DNA of 64,000 bases from Thermoprotei archaeon (GTDB taxonomy: Archaea > Thermoproteota > Thermoprotei > Gearchaeales > Gearchaeaceae). This document shows, piece by piece, positions 28,554 through 37,970 of this stretch (positions within the stretch are counted from its first letter, which is position 1; each line of letters starts with the position of its first letter). The position numbers were made by a program, and so were the translations under genes. The notes under the pieces were generated by a model that saw only the letters and a program-made list of their open reading frames with translations, was not told the origin of the DNA and did not search any database. The DNA lies in contig JAFMCU010000006.1 of assembly GCA_017857595.1 (NCBI GenBank), positions 10,364 to 74,363 on the forward strand, given 5' to 3'.

Positions 28554-29898
28554 GATTATATCTTTTAATTAGGTCATCCCTGAGCCACCATAAATTTTTA
28601 AAGACTAAGTCAACTGCGGCTCTCTTTACCCCTGAATTAATATCATCTTTAAGTTCAGTTAAAGTAGAATTTTTCAGTACTTTGACCAAATCTTTTGGTA
28701 ATTTTTCATTACTTAGCCATATGCTTATTGCTTCTTTCAAATTCTTAATTTTTCTGTTTGTGTAGGAAAATATTCTATAATTTTTAGTAAATATAATGTC
28801 ATTTTCATGCGAACTCAAAAATTTCTTAACGTGATTTAATTCATGCAAAGGCGGACCGATTAATAACTTTGAGTATGGTAAATTTTCTTGAGTTATTTCC
28901 AATAGAATTGAAGCTATCTGTTTTTCATCTGAATAGCATGCCGAATCAACAACATTAAATTCATTAAAGATTAGAAAGTTTGTTAAATTTCTCCTAGCTC
29001 TTTCTATCTCTCCCCAAAATACATCAGGAGCGATGTTAGGATAATCGAATTGAAGAATGAATATTTTTGTTCCTCTATCATTCAATGCTTTTATAGAAGA
29101 CGGTATGTTTTCAGAATACTTTCTTCCTAAAAAGAAATTAATCGAAGGCTTTTTTAAAAACAAATTGCAACCCAATTTAAAAATTCCCATTTTTCTAAAA
29201 GCTGCAGCAACATTTCTTTTCTTATCTACAGGATCGACCACAATCAGCTCCTGTGGTTCAAGTTTCCATTCACCCCCGATTATTGTTTTATAAGGGATCC
29301 AATTTAATGCGTTCTTTATTAAATTTAAAAAACTTCCATAATGGATAACTAGCAGTTCACAAAGATAGCCAGAGAATCCTCCTATTTTTATTTCTGCACC
29401 ATAAATATCCAATGTTTTTACAAATTTTTTAAAGATTCTTATTTCGGTTTTTAATTCATCGTTAAGAACCTTTCTTAAATAATTTGTATGCAGCCTTGTT
29501 CTATCGACTGCTGTTTGAATTTTTTCCCCTTCATTTATATAAACTGCTGGAACTATATCGAATTCATATTGCTTATAAATAACGGTTATAAATGGATGTT
29601 CAGCATATCTTTCTATGTAATTCGGAAATGTTTCTTTTGCAATTTTTAATCCGTTTTCAATTGCCTTTTCTTTATCTTCTTTACTAAATATGAAAATGTC
29701 AATATCTTTATCTTCCTTCAACCATGTATCATGAGCAAAAGATCCATGCAGCTCGATTATTGCTTCTATTCCAAGTTTTTCTTTAGTTTTTTCCAGTTTA
29801 TCTATAACTTCTTGAATTATTTTGTTTGAAGTTTCTACTTCTTCCTTAGGTATTTTAACTAAGTTCTTTGCTCTTTCTATAACTTCTTCAATTCTCAT
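28537..29898 (-). CDS. cca: CCA-adding tRNA nucleotidyltransferase (class I)
   Basis: GSFAHDTWL..DKDID, YAEHP, AVDRT, GGFSGYLCE, DPVD. Confidence 0.96.
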   Translation of the reverse strand: MRIEEVIERAKNLVKIPKEEVETSNKIIQEVIDKLEKTKEKLGIEAIIELHGSFAHDTWLKEDKDIDIFIFSKEDKEKAIENGLKIAKETFPNYIERYAEHPFITVIYKQYEFDIVPAVYINEGEKIQTAVDRTRLHTNYLRKVLNDELKTEIRIFKKFVKTLDIYGAEIKIGGFSGYLCELLVIHYGSFLNLIKNALNWIPYKTIIGGEWKLEPQELIVVDPVDKKRNVAAAFRKMGIFKLGCNLFLKKPSINFFLGRKYSENIPSSIKALNDRGTKIFILQFDYPNIAPDVFWGEIERARRNLTNFLIFNEFNVVDSACYSDEKQIASILLEITQENLPYSKLLIGPPLHELNHVKKFLSSHENDIIFTKNYRIFSYTNRKIKNLKEAISIWLSNEKLPKDLVKVLKNSTLTELKDDINSGVKRAAVDLVFKNLWWLRDDLIKRYNLDVGN

Positions 29899-30440
29899 AA
29901 ATTGAATACTTCAATATCTTTATAAATTGGTCCATTAGGGGTTAAAATACTTTGCTTTAGATTGAAATGATCTACTTCAAAAGTGCCAAAATCTTCATTC
30001 ATGTAATCGTTTATTAGTTTAATAACTTCTTTTATATTTTCTCTGTATTTAACCCTTGCTAATGTAATGTGCGGATGGAAGCCTTCTTCTTCAAATCTTA
30101 GTCCTTCAGACTTTATCTCTTCATTTACAAAATTATAAAGAGTTATAAGTTCTTGAAAGCCTTCTTTAACGCCTGCCCAAACCACTCTAGGATTGCTGAC
30201 CTTTGGAAATGCACCTAAACCATATACATGAACATTAAATTTCATGAATTTTACTTTCTTAAGAGCGTTCTTTAAAATATCAACAACAGTTTCGTTTATC
30301 TCGCCCAAGAATTTTAATGTAATATGAAGATTTTCTCTTTCAACAGGCTTTACGCCTTTAATGTTGAGTAAAGATGCAATGCTATAAAGCTTATCCAATA
30401 TTTTTGCATCACTTATTTCTACTGCTATGAAGCATCTCAT
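29895..30440 (-). CDS. thpR: RNA 2',3'-cyclic phosphodiesterase (2H family)
   Basis: Two HITL motifs, RVVWAG, GPIY. Confidence 0.94.
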   Translation of the reverse strand: MRCFIAVEISDAKILDKLYSIASLLNIKGVKPVERENLHITLKFLGEINETVVDILKNALKKVKFMKFNVHVYGLGAFPKVSNPRVVWAGVKEGFQELITLYNFVNEEIKSEGLRFEEEGFHPHITLARVKYRENIKEVIKLINDYMNEDFGTFEVDHFNLKQSILTPNGPIYKDIEVFNL

Positions 30441-30472
30441 TTGCTTATATAACTATAAATTATTATCATTTA

Positions 30473-31027
30473 TTGAATTTTCTTATGTCCATGAAAATAA
30501 TTTGCATAACAGGAATGCCACTATCAGGTAAGACAACAGCGTCTATGTTTCTAAAAGAAATAGGATTTCATGTAATTAGTATGGGAGATGTTGTTAGAAA
30601 GCTATACTTCAATGAAAAAAGTTATGCAAAAAAGTTGGAGGATTTTATTGTAGAAAAAAGGAATGAAATGGGTAAAGATTATTTTGCTAGAATGTGTGAA
30701 GAAGAAATAAAAAAGTCAAATAACATTACAGTGATAGACGGGGTTAGAAGTATTGAAGAAGCTGAATATTTCAGTAAAATTGGAAAAGTATCATTAATTG
30801 CAATACATGCCTCACCCACTACAAGATTTAAAAGAGCCTTAGAAAGAAAAAGAGAAGATGATCCTATTGATTTTAATGAATTTAAAAAGAGGGATATGAG
30901 AGAACTTTCATTTGGCTTAGGAAACTTGATATCTCTTTCAGATTACATGATTGTAAACGAATACGATAAAAAATATTTAAAAGATAATGTATTAAAAATA
31001 GCTGAAAGAATTTTAAATGAAAATTGA
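30473..31027 (+). CDS. P-loop nucleotide-kinase family protein (UPF0200)
   Basis: GMPLSGKT, MGDVVR, DGVRS, RDMRE; start may be the later Met (MKIICIT). Confidence 0.85.
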   Translation: MNFLMSMKIICITGMPLSGKTTASMFLKEIGFHVISMGDVVRKLYFNEKSYAKKLEDFIVEKRNEMGKDYFARMCEEEIKKSNNITVIDGVRSIEEAEYFSKIGKVSLIAIHASPTTRFKRALERKREDDPIDFNEFKKRDMRELSFGLGNLISLSDYMIVNEYDKKYLKDNVLKIAERILNEN

Positions 31028-31457
31028 AGTCATTACAGAATTGAGAGATACTGAAGATGAAAGAAAAGTTATGCTAGCATTGAATAATGTATTCATATAT
31101 AATAAGATAACAAAAATAAACAACTTAGGAAAAACATTCATTATAGCGGAAGGGAACAACATAAGCTGTTTAGAGAAAATTTCTAATTTAATAAGAAATT
31201 CGAGAATAGAATTATCCGCAAGATCTATACTTTTGAAATCGATAAAAGATGGAATGTTAAAGTTTAGTTTAAATAAACAAGCAGCATACATGAATAGAGT
31301 ATCCTTCTGTACAGTTGAAAATGAATCAGCTATGGGTCCAATAGATTTCAGAATAATATGCGAAAACTTTGAAAAGCTTATTGATTATATTGCACCTTTA
31401 CCTAAAAGAACTATTTCAAGACAAATTCAAAGAAATCCTGTGCAAGAAAAGTATTAG
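31017..31457 (+). CDS. UPF0201/DUF54 putative RNA-binding protein
   Basis: TEDERKV, LNKQAA, GPI, IAP. Confidence 0.85.
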   Translation: MKIEVITELRDTEDERKVMLALNNVFIYNKITKINNLGKTFIIAEGNNISCLEKISNLIRNSRIELSARSILLKSIKDGMLKFSLNKQAAYMNRVSFCTVENESAMGPIDFRIICENFEKLIDYIAPLPKRTISRQIQRNPVQEKY

Positions 31458-32316
31458 GAAACACTTCAGTACTTTCTGCTAAAAGCTGATCACCTTTTTC
31501 ATATCTTGCACTTATATGTGTTAATATTAAATTTTTTACATTTGCTTCTTTAGCAATTTTTGCAGCATCTCTTGCTGTTGAATGCCTATATTCTCTGGCT
31601 TTTGATTCTTCTTCATCTCCAAAAGTTGCTTCATGGATTAATACATCTGCGTTAAAGGAAAATTCCACGAGAGGCTTTGTTGGAGCTGCATCACCAGAAT
31701 AGACTATTATCTTACCTTTTCTAGATTCACCTAATACATCCGAGGGTCTTATAATCCTTCCATCCTTTAATCTAACTTCCTTTCCCAACTTTAAATCCCT
31801 TAGAAAAGGACCTTTTGGTATTTTCAATTCTTCAAGCTTTTCCTTTAAAATTTTAGGGGGCTTATCTTTCTCCTTTATTTTGTATGCAAAAGACTCTGTG
31901 CTGTGCTTAACTTTTATTGCGAAAACCTCATATTCTTCTGTTTCATAAATTTTGCCTTCTTCAATCTCAAATACTTTAAGACTAAAATTTCTATATGGCT
32001 TTAAAAAATCATCTAAAAATTCTAGGAATTTCTTTATTCCTTTAGGACCATATATATTCAAATCTTCTCTTCTCATATCCAATCCCATACTCCAAATGAC
32101 ACCAGGCAGACCAAAAAAGTGGTCTCCGTGAAGATGGGTTATAAGTATGTTTTTAATTTTATTGGGATTTATACCAGCAATTAACATTTGTCTTTGTGTT
32201 CCTTCACCGCAATCTAAAAGTAAAGTCTCTTTTTCAAATTCTACAACAATCGCAGGCAAGCCTCGATATTTTGTTGGCTTGCTTCCTGTAGTTCCTAAAA
32301 ACTTTATCCTTATCAT
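31411..32316 (-). CDS. rnz: Ribonuclease Z (short form)
   Basis: DCGEGTQ, HLHGDH, exosite GP motif, HEAT, HST, HISARY. Confidence 0.96.
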   Translation of the reverse strand: MIRIKFLGTTGSKPTKYRGLPAIVVEFEKETLLLDCGEGTQRQMLIAGINPNKIKNILITHLHGDHFFGLPGVIWSMGLDMRREDLNIYGPKGIKKFLEFLDDFLKPYRNFSLKVFEIEEGKIYETEEYEVFAIKVKHSTESFAYKIKEKDKPPKILKEKLEELKIPKGPFLRDLKLGKEVRLKDGRIIRPSDVLGESRKGKIIVYSGDAAPTKPLVEFSFNADVLIHEATFGDEEESKAREYRHSTARDAAKIAKEANVKNLILTHISARYEKGDQLLAESTEVFPNTFLAQDFFEFVLK

Positions 32317-33317
32317 TAGCTTCTAATTTCCTTTTTCAAAACATATATGTTACGGTAAAGATTGCCTTTTACTTTTTGCCTATAAAAGAATTCGACTTTA
32401 AAGTTCTTATTTTTATTTTCTTCCGTTGTTGCAATTGATAACTTCTTTATATCGTAAATCTCTAAATTCCTTAAAAAATTGTAAAATAAAGAAGATTTTT
32501 CTCTACCTTTTACGGAAGAAGCTATACCATAGGGCATATCTGTAGCTACATAATCAATTTTCCTAAGTGGAATATTTTCTGCATCAGCTTGAACTAAATC
32601 TACATTATATTTATTGAAAAACTTTATGTTTTTCAAAGCTCCTCTTACCATTTTCCTATCTATATCAACTCCAACACAATAATCTACAAAATATGAAGCT
32701 TCTATAAGAAAACCTCCTGAACCACAAAAAGGGTCTAGAAGAAAATTGTTTATTTCTACCTGTGATAAGTTAACAATGCAACGAGCTAACTTTGGCATCA
32801 TTGAAGAAGAATGAAAGAATGGTCTTTTACTTGGCCTTCTTATTTCGTATTGCTTGTTATTAATATTTGCAATTAAAACTCCTAAGTATAAATTATCATC
32901 TAATATTAAGCATTTTAAAATTTTTGTAGCATTTTTAACACTTAACTTAATATCTTTTGAACTAAGGATACTTAAAATTTCATTTCTTATTGAGTTAATT
33001 AGAGGTTTATATTTGTTATCAAATGAATGTAGATCTAAATAGTAAATTGCATCAAGTCTTAGATTTTTTAATTCAGGTTTTTTAAAGAAATCCTGTAAAT
33101 TTCCTCGGTAAATTAATTCTATGGCGTATTTTAGCATGGAACATCTCCAGAATAAATAATCAACGAAAAATTTATCCAGTCTTATTATAAGGATTTGCCT
33201 GTTTTTATAAATGTCTTCATATTCTAAATTTAAAGATGATAAGCAAGATTTTAATTCTTTTTCGGCAAGAATTAAATTTTCTCCGTTTAAAATTATAGCA
33301 ATCTCATCTTTTTCCAT
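32316..33317 (-). CDS. trm11: tRNA (guanine-10-N2) methyltransferase Trm11/TrmG10
   Basis: RPFF, LDPFCGSG, TDMPYG; N-terminal THUMP-like region. Confidence 0.85.
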   Translation of the reverse strand: MEKDEIAIILNGENLILAEKELKSCLSSLNLEYEDIYKNRQILIIRLDKFFVDYLFWRCSMLKYAIELIYRGNLQDFFKKPELKNLRLDAIYYLDLHSFDNKYKPLINSIRNEILSILSSKDIKLSVKNATKILKCLILDDNLYLGVLIANINNKQYEIRRPSKRPFFHSSSMMPKLARCIVNLSQVEINNFLLDPFCGSGGFLIEASYFVDYCVGVDIDRKMVRGALKNIKFFNKYNVDLVQADAENIPLRKIDYVATDMPYGIASSVKGREKSSLFYNFLRNLEIYDIKKLSIATTEENKNKNFKVEFFYRQKVKGNLYRNIYVLKKEIRS

Positions 33318-33527
33318 TCAGGCCCATCTTTCCCTTTCCAGTGTTCTTTCTTCCTTTGTTTCCCTCTTCCAAATTTTATAATGTTCTTTGCAAAGATAAA
33401 CTTTGTTCGAAGTTTTATCCAAATTTAAAGAATTAGCCATACTAGCTCTTGAATAGGATAAAGACCTTTCTGCTTGATTGTTACAACCTAATACACTACA
33501 CTTCACACCTTTATCTACTTTCCCCAT
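33318..33527 (-). CDS. Small basic zinc-binding protein (C-x4-C...C-x2-H)
   Basis: CSVLGC...[10 protein letters not shown]; overlaps rpl13e and abuts trm11. Confidence 0.8.
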   Translation of the reverse strand: MGKVDKGVKCSVLGCNNQAERSLSYSRASMANSLNLDKTSNKVYLCKEHYKIWKRETKEERTLERERWA

Positions 33528-33876
33528 GCTTTTTCTTCCACTTGTGTTTATGTGTTAACTTAAGTTTATCTTTACGTAGACCTCGCATCTTTTTTCCTGC
33601 AGAAGTAAGTCCTCTAAATACTCTTTTTCTATTTGCTTGAGGTTTCAAAGTTTTTAATTTCTTTTTCTTTGATTTTAATTCTTTAATGTCCAATTTTTTG
33701 AGCTTTTGAACGTTTTCATCATATTTTGTGCTTCTTCTTAAGTCAACCGGAATTCCAAAGCTTAATGCTTGCTTTAGAGAAATGTTTGCCTCTTTCAACT
33801 CGTCCAAACTGAAACCTCTTCCTTTTCTAATTATGCCTTTAGTTTTAACTATTGCAAAGATTTGTTCACTTGACAT
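33511..33876 (-). CDS. rpl13e: 50S ribosomal protein eL13 with fused eL15-type C-terminal tail
   Basis: [23 protein letters not shown] core; tail [23 protein letters not shown]. Confidence 0.92.
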   Translation of the reverse strand: MSSEQIFAIVKTKGIIRKGRGFSLDELKEANISLKQALSFGIPVDLRRSTKYDENVQKLKKLDIKELKSKKKKLKTLKPQANRKRVFRGLTSAGKKMRGLRKDKLKLTHKHKWKKKHGESR

Positions 33877-34315
33877 TTCCTCTATATATCCATTTTAAAT
33901 CTTTATCTTTCTTTAAGCTCGTACTAAAAGGGTCTACAAGGATTACTTCATACCATTTATATTTTCCATCCTCAGCAACATAATAAGAATTCAAAACTTC
34001 CATGTTTGGAAACTTTCTTTGAGCTTTCTCTTCAGCTATAAGCCTAAGATTTTTTTTCAATGTTAACCTAACCACACCCATCCTTTTAGGTCTCCTACCA
34101 CTTCTAGGCCTTTGCTTTTCCATTTTACCCTTCCTGACTTTTACTCTAACAACAATGACTCCTTGCTTGGCTTTATATCCAAGCATTCTAGCTTTATAGA
34201 CTTTAGTTGGCCTTTCTAGCCTTTTTACAGTAGGTTCTTTTCTCCATTCAATTAATCTTTGCTTCAATTCATCCTTATAATTTTCTTGGATGAGCTTTGA
34301 ATATTTACCTAGCAT
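33866..34315 (-). CDS. rpl15e: 50S ribosomal protein eL15, C-terminally truncated (149 aa)
   Basis: [38 protein letters not shown]; ends just after KW. Confidence 0.95.
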   Translation of the reverse strand: MLGKYSKLIQENYKDELKQRLIEWRKEPTVKRLERPTKVYKARMLGYKAKQGVIVVRVKVRKGKMEKQRPRSGRRPKRMGVVRLTLKKNLRLIAEEKAQRKFPNMEVLNSYYVAEDGKYKWYEVILVDPFSTSLKKDKDLKWIYRGNVK

Positions 34316-34355
34316 TGTTATAGTTAATGATAAATTCAGAAATATTTTAATCTTT

Positions 34356-35285
34356 CTAAAGATTAAAAAACCTTATAACGATTTCAGCAGCTTCAATAGC
34401 TTCTGCTTCCATCGTTTCAACGGTTTGAGCACCTATGTGTGGTGTTGCTATTACTCTATCATCCCTTAACAATTCCTTTTCAATTTCGCTATTTGGAGGT
34501 TCATTGGAAAATACATCCAACGCTGCACCTTTGATATGACCTTCTTTAATTAGCTTGAGCAAAGCTCCTTCATCCAATACTTCGCCTCTTGATACATTTA
34601 CAATATATGAACCTCTTTTCATTTTTATTAAAGTTTCATAGGAAAAAAGGTTTTTGGTTGATTCAATTAAAGGTATATGAATTGTAATTATATCGCTTTG
34701 CTTCAGAACATAATCCATATTCGTTGTAAATTCAATTCTCAATTCATTCGCAAATGTTTGCCTTGTTGGATCAATATCATAAGCTATTATTCGACAACCA
34801 AAATTTTTAAGTCTTTTTGCTACTTCATAGCCTATTCTTCCAAAACCGAATATTCCAATTGTTTTACTAGATATTTCGCTTCCAATCAATTCTTTTTTTA
34901 ACCACTTACTCTTTTTCATTGAATCATATGCTTTGTAAAGCTCTCTAAGTAAGCTAATTATCAATGCAATTGTTAACTCTGCAACAGCCTTACTTGGCGC
35001 TGCAGGTGTGTTTCTAACTTCTATGCCCCTTTCCTTTGCAAAATTCAAATCTATATTGTCTAGCCCAACTCCAGCTCTAACTATCAATCTAAGATGCTTA
35101 GCATTTTCTAAAATTTCTCTGTTTAACTTCGTTCTACCTCTAAGAATGATTGCATGCTTATCTACGATTGATTTTTTTAATTCATCTTGAGTTATTTCAG
35201 GTAAGTAATGAACGTTTATTCCTTTTTTCTTCAATATTTCTATACATTTTTCATTAATATGATCTGAAATGATTAAATCAATCAT
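34356..35285 (-). CDS. D-2-hydroxyacid dehydrogenase (SerA-like, no ACT domain)
   Basis: RAGVGLDNID, GFGRIG, NVSRG, DVF..EP, TPHIGA. Confidence 0.9.
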   Translation of the reverse strand: MIDLIISDHINEKCIEILKKKGINVHYLPEITQDELKKSIVDKHAIILRGRTKLNREILENAKHLRLIVRAGVGLDNIDLNFAKERGIEVRNTPAAPSKAVAELTIALIISLLRELYKAYDSMKKSKWLKKELIGSEISSKTIGIFGFGRIGYEVAKRLKNFGCRIIAYDIDPTRQTFANELRIEFTTNMDYVLKQSDIITIHIPLIESTKNLFSYETLIKMKRGSYIVNVSRGEVLDEGALLKLIKEGHIKGAALDVFSNEPPNSEIEKELLRDDRVIATPHIGAQTVETMEAEAIEAAEIVIRFFNL

Positions 35286-35324
35286 AAGAATAAATATTAG
35301 AAAAAAATAAAAAATTGTTTTAAT

Positions 35325-37850
35325 TTATTTAGGTCTTCTCGCTGCTAATGCAACTGCTACTATTGAAACTATCAATGTTATGATTACTAGAACTAATGTA
35401 TACAATGAATAATTGCTTGCTGTGCTTGCATTACTATTTGCACTGCTTGCTGAAGATTGTATTGAGCTAAGTGTTGTATTAATAGTTCCTAAGTTGGTCT
35501 GTATTGTTGCTACTCCATTACTGACACTTGTAACAGTTCCTTGTAATGTTCCTATAGCAGTTTTTATTGAAACAACGTTTCCATTAACTTGTGTTATTGT
35601 TGTATTCAATGCACTTAATGTCATGTTTAATGTTCCGATTGCAGTTGAAAGCGTAGCTACATTTCCGTTCAAAGCTACTATTGTTGCATTTATTTGCTTC
35701 AAGAATGTGACAACTTGGTTTAATGTCATGTTTAATGTTCCGATTGCAGTTGAAAGCGTAGCTACATTTCCGTTCAAAGCTACTATTGTTGCATTTATTT
35801 GCTTCAAGAATGTGACAACTTGGTTTAATGTCATGTTTAATGTTCCAACACTTGTTACTAATTTTGCAACAGTAGTGTTCAATGAATTAACGCTGCTATT
35901 AAGAATCGTCAACGTTGCATTAATGTTTTGCAAGGCAGCTAGAACGAAATCACCTTGTGGAGATACCCAGAATGTAACATAGGCATCAATTACATATTGA
36001 CCAGGAGCAACTTGCTCATATAAAGCAAGGGAATGGAGTCCAGGTCTGAATCCTGCAGCTACCATTTGAACTAGCAAATCTCCTGTACCATTTGCTGATA
36101 CTCCAGAGGATGAAGAAGGAGATACAGGTAAATTGTCTTGTGCTAAGAAGTATGTTGTAGTAGGATCTAAACCTTGTCCTGTAACATTGAAAACTTTACC
36201 ATTATTTGTTATAGTTTGAACAGCTTGTTGAGTATTACTTGATAAGGTAAATGAAAGTGATAAGCTTGGTGTTACTGTAAAGGTTCCTGTACCTATGATA
36301 TCAGCTGCTGGGAACGGAGTAGCTTGTGTTTTTCCTAAGTAATGATTTGAAGCTACAACAGTATGACCTCCTCCGAATGAGTGAGCTGGAACCGTAAAAG
36401 ACACTGTTACATTGAATAATCCATTCGCACCTGTTGTCGCATTCATAAACCAATAATATGTAGTACCTGGTGAATTACCACCTAGCCAATACAAATAAAC
36501 ATTTGAACTTGCTGGGAAACCGTACGCTGCTACGCTAACGTTTGTTCCTACTGGCCCAGAGCTTGGTGTTAATACTAAAGTTGGTTGAACGTTTAATTTA
36601 AACGTATAAGTTACACCATGATTTACAACGCTTACAACATTTATTCCAACTGGTAATGCTGGAACTGTAAAGGTCGTGTTAAAGAAGCCTGTAGCATTAG
36701 TAGTTGTATTGAATGTTGATGTTCCAACTACTATTTGAACTAAAGCGCTGGGTGTGAAATTACCTCCAGCTAGTTGTACAACATCGAAAACATTTACAAT
36801 TAGTTGAGCTGTTGCGTTTCCATAGAATGTTGAACTTGTAAGCATTCCTGTAGCAGAAGCTCCACTTGTTACATCCGTAATTTGTTTAAGTACTCTTGTA
36901 TATTCATTGAATGGAGTTGTTGATGTAGCTACAACTTGTGCAGTATTCGATGCATTAACTGCCTCAAAACTGATTGAAACTGATTGCTGTGTAGCACTTG
37001 TTGCACTGTTTGGATTAACAGATGCTCCTGTATCAGGAGCTGTTCCTGTTGCTGTGAAATATCCTGAACCTGTACTAACACCAGAGACTACGACTAAATT
37101 AGAAACTGTAACTAGGAATCCAGCCCAGTTTGTATACCTATATGTGGCATTAACATTTACTGTCATGTTTGCTGGAAATCCTCCGCCAACAAAGGTCAAC
37201 GTTTGACCAGCAACTCCTGCAGTGGGTGAAACAACGAAATTAGGCTTAACATTTACAGTTTGTATGCTAACAGCAACGGATGTCGTAGATCCGTCGAATA
37301 TTTTAACATACTTGTAAGCTGAACTTACCTTTAACGGTATTGGTCCTACGATTAATTGATATGAAATTCCGCTTATTGTTACAGTTCCTACATAAAATGT
37401 TGCAGAACTTGTGGTAAAGTAAGAAGAGTTGACTGGAATTGTATAAGCTTGATAAGCTCCTTGCAATTGAGATACACTAAATGGTCCAGCATATTCAACA
37501 TCACCAGAACTTATTTGGGAGAAACCGTTTGTACTGAAATATAATAAGAATTGGCTTCCTGAAAAAGTAACATATGTCGTTGCTCCTGCTGCAAAAACTA
37601 AAGCAAAATATCCAGCTTGAGCGACTGCATCTACTGCAGTAACAGTTGATGTTCCTGCTGTTACGTTAACACTTGTTGTTGCAACGGTTATTGCTGTTGG
37701 AGCAGCTGCATTATTTACTGAAGCTAATTTAGGAGCTCCTGTAGAAGCATATACAGGTGCAACGTTTACTAAAGCAACTCCTAGAACGGATCCTATTAGT
37801 ATCGCTAGTATTAATATGCTTGCTAATCTACTATTTTTTAAATTTCCCAT
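35325..37850 (-). CDS. S-layer-like surface glycoprotein (signal peptide, Ig/IPT-like domains, coiled-coil stalk, C-terminal TM anchor)
   Basis: Sec signal ending PVYA; Thr/Ser/Val/Asn-rich with many NxS/T sequons; repeats of P..G.vG..v.v.g.GFP; heptad stalk; TM followed by RRPK. Start at 37850 chosen from TATA spacing (ORF track gives 37868). Confidence 0.8.
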   Translation of the reverse strand: MGNLKNSRLASILILAILIGSVLGVALVNVAPVYASTGAPKLASVNNAAAPTAITVATTSVNVTAGTSTVTAVDAVAQAGYFALVFAAGATTYVTFSGSQFLLYFSTNGFSQISSGDVEYAGPFSVSQLQGAYQAYTIPVNSSYFTTSSATFYVGTVTISGISYQLIVGPIPLKVSSAYKYVKIFDGSTTSVAVSIQTVNVKPNFVVSPTAGVAGQTLTFVGGGFPANMTVNVNATYRYTNWAGFLVTVSNLVVVSGVSTGSGYFTATGTAPDTGASVNPNSATSATQQSVSISFEAVNASNTAQVVATSTTPFNEYTRVLKQITDVTSGASATGMLTSSTFYGNATAQLIVNVFDVVQLAGGNFTPSALVQIVVGTSTFNTTTNATGFFNTTFTVPALPVGINVVSVVNHGVTYTFKLNVQPTLVLTPSSGPVGTNVSVAAYGFPASSNVYLYWLGGNSPGTTYYWFMNATTGANGLFNVTVSFTVPAHSFGGGHTVVASNHYLGKTQATPFPAADIIGTGTFTVTPSLSLSFTLSSNTQQAVQTITNNGKVFNVTGQGLDPTTTYFLAQDNLPVSPSSSSGVSANGTGDLLVQMVAAGFRPGLHSLALYEQVAPGQYVIDAYVTFWVSPQGDFVLAALQNINATLTILNSSVNSLNTTVAKLVTSVGTLNMTLNQVVTFLKQINATIVALNGNVATLSTAIGTLNMTLNQVVTFLKQINATIVALNGNVATLSTAIGTLNMTLSALNTTITQVNGNVVSIKTAIGTLQGTVTSVSNGVATIQTNLGTINTTLSSIQSSASSANSNASTASNYSLYTLVLVIITLIVSIVAVALAARRPK
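35615..35846. repeat. Exact 105-bp tandem repeat (2.2 copies) within the stalk of the surface protein
   Basis: Unit starting TTAATGTCATGTTTAATGTTCC at 35615, 35720 and 35825. Confidence 0.95.
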
Positions 37851-37906
37851 TTTTACGCTAAGAAGCATTTTAATTATAAGTTTATAAGTTTTTCCATTTT
37901 TACAAT

Positions 37907-37923
37907 ATTCGGTTTTTCCGAAT
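37907..37923. promoter_or_regulatory. Inverted repeat ATTCGG-N5-CCGAAT in the divergent S-layer/ychF promoter region
   Basis: Perfect GC-containing 6-bp inverted repeat in AT-rich intergenic DNA upstream of TTATAA boxes. Confidence 0.4.
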
Positions 37924-37970
37924 CATGAATGAAAATTTACTTATAATTGAAATTAGAATAATTAATTAAA

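Noticed and set aside
33866-34315. rpl15e as a pseudogene or sequencing frameshift
   Set aside because: The missing tail lies beyond a complete in-frame eL13 core, which a single indel cannot explain, and both ORFs have intact motifs.
35615-35846. Repeat as a CRISPR array
   Set aside because: Contiguous in-frame tandem duplication with no spacers; no cas genes.
35413-35982. 189-aa hydrophobic plus-strand ORF with repeats
   Set aside because: Antisense shadow of the surface protein caused by its biased codon use; the same applies to 36907-37206.
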